DNA from: Myxococcota bacterium
GTDB lineage: Bacteria > Myxococcota_A > Polyangia > Polyangiales > Sandaracinaceae
Assembly (NCBI GenBank): GCA_036149055.1
Contig: JAYZQJ010000277.1
Span: 1-33,560, forward strand
Length of the DNA: 33,560 bases
Direction: 5' to 3'
The position numbers were made by a program, and so were the translations under genes. Position 1 is the stretch's first letter, and each line of letters begins with the position of its first letter. Positions 28,872-33,560 of the stretch are shown piece by piece. The notes beneath the pieces were generated by a model. It was not told the DNA's origin. It saw only the letters and a program-made list of their open reading frames with translations, and did not search any database.

Positions 28872-29411
28872 GTGCGCAACACGATCGCCCTCGCGCTCGG
28901 CCTGCTCCTCTGGCCCGCCGCGTCCTCGGCGCAGGTCGCCCGTCCGAAGCCCGTTCCGGAGCCGAGCCCGGTGCGCGTCCAGGTGGAGCTGCGGTCCGAG
29001 GAGCCGCGCCTCGCGTTCCACGTGCTCGCAGGCTGGCGCGGCTACCGGTCCCTCTGCCAGGCCCCCTGCACCGTCCAGGTGGAGCCCGGGCTCGCGCGGC
29101 TCGCGCTGTCACTCCCCGGAGGCGTCCCGGTCGACGTCGCGGGCGAGGTCTTCTTCCGCAACGGCCAGACCCTGACCGGCAGCTACGTCGACCGCTCCGG
29201 TCGGCGCGCGAGCGGGGTCTTCCTCTCGCTCCTGTCGATCCCCCTGGCGGCGATCACGCCGTGGGTCGCGCACGAGGTGGGCGCGATGCCCGACTCGAGC
29301 ACGGACGTGCTGGTGGTCGGCCTCGTCGGCGCGGGCCTCTCGCTCCTCAGCCTCGTCGTCGGGCTCGCCCTCGCGGCGTCCGGGGACGAGGCGCGGGTGG
29401 TCCTCCAGTGA
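28872..29411 (+). CDS. Hypothetical exported membrane protein (LCxxPC domain plus 2 TM)
   Basis: Signal peptide ..ASSA-Q; YRSLCQAPC; two C-terminal TM helices; start GTG 28872 (7 nt after TATGGC) or ATG 28860. Confidence 0.65.
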   Translation: MRNTIALALGLLLWPAASSAQVARPKPVPEPSPVRVQVELRSEEPRLAFHVLAGWRGYRSLCQAPCTVQVEPGLARLALSLPGGVPVDVAGEVFFRNGQTLTGSYVDRSGRRASGVFLSLLSIPLAAITPWVAHEVGAMPDSSTDVLVVGLVGAGLSLLSLVVGLALAASGDEARVVLQ

Positions 29412-30139
29412 GGCTCGCGACGCTGACGGTCGCGCTCCTCCTCGCCGCGCCGGCGGCCGCGCAGGAGGAGGGCCGCGTGGTGGCGAGCGGCGCGCCCGAC
29501 TACGGCGGCGGGTTCGAGGCCGCGATGACCGCGCCCGAGGTGCCTTTCGATTACCGCGGGCGCTGGCCCCTGGTCAGCGTGGATCCCTCGTTCGCGGAGC
29601 GCTGGAGCCCGGGCCTCGATCTGCCCCGGGTGCCGCAGGGGGCGTATCGCGAGCTCTGCCCGGGCCCGTGCAGGGCGAGCCTCGCCGCCGGCGTTCACGT
29701 CTTCGGGCTCCAGCTGCCCGACGGCGAGGTCTGGGTCTCGCTGCCGCCGCTGCAGCTGCGGGAAGGCGCGCCGACCCGCATCGAGGCGCACCTGCACGAC
29801 CACGGCGCCGACCGGGCCGGCGGCATCGCCCTCGGGACGCTGCTGCCGGTCGCCGGCGGCGTCATCGCCACGGTGGGCGCGTGGTTCGCGGTCTACGACA
29901 CCCCGGGCTTCGAGGCTCCGGGGGACTACGCCGGGGTGACGATGATCGTGCTCGGGAGCCTGCTCGGGCTGGTCGGCATCGTCGCCGGGATCGCGCTCGG
30001 GGTCTCGCGCGACCGGGCCTGGGTCGAGGGCTTCCCGCTGGAGCCGACGCCGCCGGCGCCCAGCGAAGCGGAGGCGCCGGAGCCGGCCGCGGAGAGGGCG
30101 GCGCCGGTGGTTCCCACGACCGCGCGCGGGCTGCTATGA
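29408..30139 (+). CDS. Hypothetical exported membrane protein (LCxxPC domain plus 2 TM), paralog of the preceding gene
   Basis: GTG 29408 overlaps the upstream TGA; signal peptide ..PAAA-Q; YRELCPGPC; two TM helices. Confidence 0.7.
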   Translation: MRLATLTVALLLAAPAAAQEEGRVVASGAPDYGGGFEAAMTAPEVPFDYRGRWPLVSVDPSFAERWSPGLDLPRVPQGAYRELCPGPCRASLAAGVHVFGLQLPDGEVWVSLPPLQLREGAPTRIEAHLHDHGADRAGGIALGTLLPVAGGVIATVGAWFAVYDTPGFEAPGDYAGVTMIVLGSLLGLVGIVAGIALGVSRDRAWVEGFPLEPTPPAPSEAEAPEPAAERAAPVVPTTARGLL

Positions 30140-30146
30140 CGGCGGC

Positions 30147-30977
30147 ATGTCGACGCCTCACGAATCACTGAAGCCGCTGATCACCGCCGCCTTCGAGGAC
30201 CGCGGCAAGCTCGAAGACGAAGCGCACCGGAGCGCGGTGCTCGACACCATCGCGCTGCTCGACCGCGGCGCGCTCCGGGTCGCGTCTCCCGGAGACGACG
30301 GCGAGTGGGTGGTGCACGCCTGGGTCAAGCAGGCCATCTTGCTCTACTTCGGCGTCCGCAAGATGGAGACGCTGAAGGTCGGGCCCTTCGAGTTCCACGA
30401 CAAGATCCCGCTGAAGAAGAACCTGGCCGAGGCCGGCGTGCGCGTCGTGCCGCCCGGGGTCGCGCGCTACGGCGCCTTCCTCGAGAAGGGCGTCGTCATG
30501 ATGCCCGGCTACGTGAACATCGGCGCCTGGGTCGGGAGCGGCAGCATGGTGGACACCTGGGCCACCGTCGGGAGCTGCGCGCAGATCGGCCGCGGCGTGC
30601 ATCTCTCCGGCGGCGTGGGCATCGGGGGCGTGCTCGAGCCGCCCGGCGCCACCCCGGTGATCATCGAGGACGGCGCCTTCGTGGGCAGCCGCGCGATCGT
30701 GGTCGAGGGCGTGCGGGTCGGGAAGCAGGCGGTGCTCGGCGCGAACGTGGTGCTCACCAAGTCCACCAAGATCATCGACGTGACCGGGAGCGAGCCGGTG
30801 GAGCACGTCGGCGTGGTGCCCCCGCGCAGCGTGGTCATCCCCGGCACCCGCCCCAAGACCTTCGCCGCTGGCGAGTACGGCGTGCCCTGCGCCCTCATCA
30901 TCGGCCAGCGCAGCGAGAGCACCGACGAGAAGGTCTCCCTCGAGGCCGCCCTCCGGGACTTCGACGTCTCGGTGTGA
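30147..30977 (+). CDS. dapD: Tetrahydrodipicolinate N-succinyltransferase
   Basis: LDRGALRVA, WVKQAILLYF, HDKIPLK, RVVPP, YVNIGAWV..GSMVDTWATVGSCAQIG..VHLSGGVGIGGVLEP. Confidence 0.97.
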   Translation: MSTPHESLKPLITAAFEDRGKLEDEAHRSAVLDTIALLDRGALRVASPGDDGEWVVHAWVKQAILLYFGVRKMETLKVGPFEFHDKIPLKKNLAEAGVRVVPPGVARYGAFLEKGVVMMPGYVNIGAWVGSGSMVDTWATVGSCAQIGRGVHLSGGVGIGGVLEPPGATPVIIEDGAFVGSRAIVVEGVRVGKQAVLGANVVLTKSTKIIDVTGSEPVEHVGVVPPRSVVIPGTRPKTFAAGEYGVPCALIIGQRSESTDEKVSLEAALRDFDVSV

Positions 30978-30998
30978 CGTGAGTTTGCGCGGGGGCGG

Positions 30999-32156
30999 GT
31001 GGCGCCGCATCCTGCCGGCGCCGTGTCTCCCGAGCTTCCCGCGCCCCAGGGCCCGATCGAGCGCCTCCCCGAAGAGTGGGAGGCGCTGCTCTCGTCGTGG
31101 GGCGAGCCGAAGTTCCGCGCCAAGCAGGTCTTCGGCTGGATCCACGGCAAGGGCGTGCTCGACCCCGAGCAGATGACGAACCTGCCGAAGCGGCTCCGCG
31201 CGAAGCTGGCGGAGGAGGGGCTCACGCCGCCGCTCGAGGTCGCCTCCGAGCACCTCAGCGAGGACGGGACCCGGAAGCTGCTGCTCCGGATGCACGACGG
31301 CCGCACCGTGGAGTCCGTGCTCATCCCCCAGGGATCGAGCGGCGCCGAGGACCCCATCGGGGGCGAGGAGCCCGAGGACGGCCGGCCCGTCACCCAATGC
31401 ATCTCCAGCCAGGTGGGCTGCGCGATGGCCTGCGTGTTCTGCGCCTCGGGCATGGCCGGGCTGAAGCGGAACATGACCGCCGGCGAGATCGTCGCCCAGC
31501 TCCTGCTCGGCCGGGACCGCGTGGCCGAGGGCGACCGGCTCCGCAACGTGGTGCTGATGGGCATGGGCGAGCCGCTCCACAACTACGGCGCGGTGGCCCG
31601 GGCGCTGACCCTGATGTTCCACCCGGACGGGCTCGGCTTCGGGACCCGCCGGGTGACGCTCTCGACGAGCGGGCTGGTGCCCGAGATCGACAAGCTCGGC
31701 GCGGACTTCGACGGCAAGGTGCAGCTCGCCATCTCGCTCCACGTGCCCGACGACGAGCGGCGCAGCGCGCTGATGCCGATCAACCGGAAGTACCCGCTCG
31801 GGGCGCTGATGGAGGCGGTGCGCCGCTACCCGCTGCCGCCGCGGCGACGGATCACCATCGAGTACACCCTCGTGGCCGGCTACAACGACGACCTCGACGA
31901 CGCGGGGCGGCTGGCCAAGCTCCTCGAGGGGCTGCGGGTGAAGGTGAACCTCATCCCGATGAACCCGGTGCCGGACAACCCGCTCGGGCCGCCGCCGTGG
32001 GACGTGGTCGAGGCGTTCCACGACCGGCTGTGGGACGCGGGCGTGCCGACCTTCGTGCGCCGCCGCAAGGGCGACGACATCGCGGCCGCCTGCGGGCAGC
32101 TCGCGCTGGCCGGCGAGAAGAAGAAGGTCCGCGTCCCGCTCCCCACCGTCGGCTGA
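30999..32156 (+). CDS. rlmN: 23S rRNA/tRNA C2-methyltransferase RlmN (radical SAM)
   Basis: FRAKQVFGW, SEDGTRKLL, CISSQVGCAMACVFC, NVVLMGMGEPLHN, LAISLH, IEY, VNLIP.N, DIAAACGQL; start uncertain. Confidence 0.95.
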   Translation: MAPHPAGAVSPELPAPQGPIERLPEEWEALLSSWGEPKFRAKQVFGWIHGKGVLDPEQMTNLPKRLRAKLAEEGLTPPLEVASEHLSEDGTRKLLLRMHDGRTVESVLIPQGSSGAEDPIGGEEPEDGRPVTQCISSQVGCAMACVFCASGMAGLKRNMTAGEIVAQLLLGRDRVAEGDRLRNVVLMGMGEPLHNYGAVARALTLMFHPDGLGFGTRRVTLSTSGLVPEIDKLGADFDGKVQLAISLHVPDDERRSALMPINRKYPLGALMEAVRRYPLPPRRRITIEYTLVAGYNDDLDDAGRLAKLLEGLRVKVNLIPMNPVPDNPLGPPPWDVVEAFHDRLWDAGVPTFVRRRKGDDIAAACGQLALAGEKKKVRVPLPTVG

Positions 32157-32208
32157 AGCCCCTCGCCTCGCGTGCTCCGCGTCGGGTCGGTACCCTGTTC
32201 GGGCGCCG

Positions 32209-33560
<1,352 letters not shown>

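Noticed and set aside
28625..29407. N-terminal half of ORF 28625..30139
   Set aside because: Overlaps two better-supported genes; the signal peptide starts at GTG 29408.
30999..32156. Cfr antibiotic-resistance methyltransferase
   Set aside because: Housekeeping context, host codon usage and RlmN-type motifs (SSQVGC, NVVLMGMGEP); no mobile context.

Overview
High-GC bacterial chromosomal window, inferred to be from a myxobacterium (Myxococcota, Polyangiales/Sandaracinaceae-like) because of its many lipoproteins, Hanks-type kinase, TSP3/C-type-lectin surface proteins and a sigma54 promoter. Housekeeping genes: efp-epmA, cutA, xerD, a fused 2-oxoacid dehydrogenase E1, icd-sucC-sucD-mdh-ndk, dapD and rlmN. 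Between them lie many uncharacterised envelope proteins. The best candidate for an undescribed system is an A/T-richer, translationally coupled two-lipoprotein cassette (11049-15958, minus strand). It encodes a trypsin-fold protein apparently lacking all three catalytic residues and fused to thrombospondin type-3 repeats, plus a partner lipoprotein. The cassette converges on an Omp85-type barrel fused to an M1-aminopeptidase-like region with no HEXXH motif. Other points of interest: apparently pervasive leaderless transcription (-10-like hexamers 6-8 nt before about ten start codons), an EpmA with a LysRS-like OB-fold remnant and an N-terminal PPP, a GATase-II lacking Cys1, a 58-aa membrane ORF and a non-RD kinase both missing from the ORF track, and a four-hairpin element at the window start. 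No rRNA, tRNA, CRISPR array or transposase was recognised. All family calls come from motif recognition by eye, not database searches.
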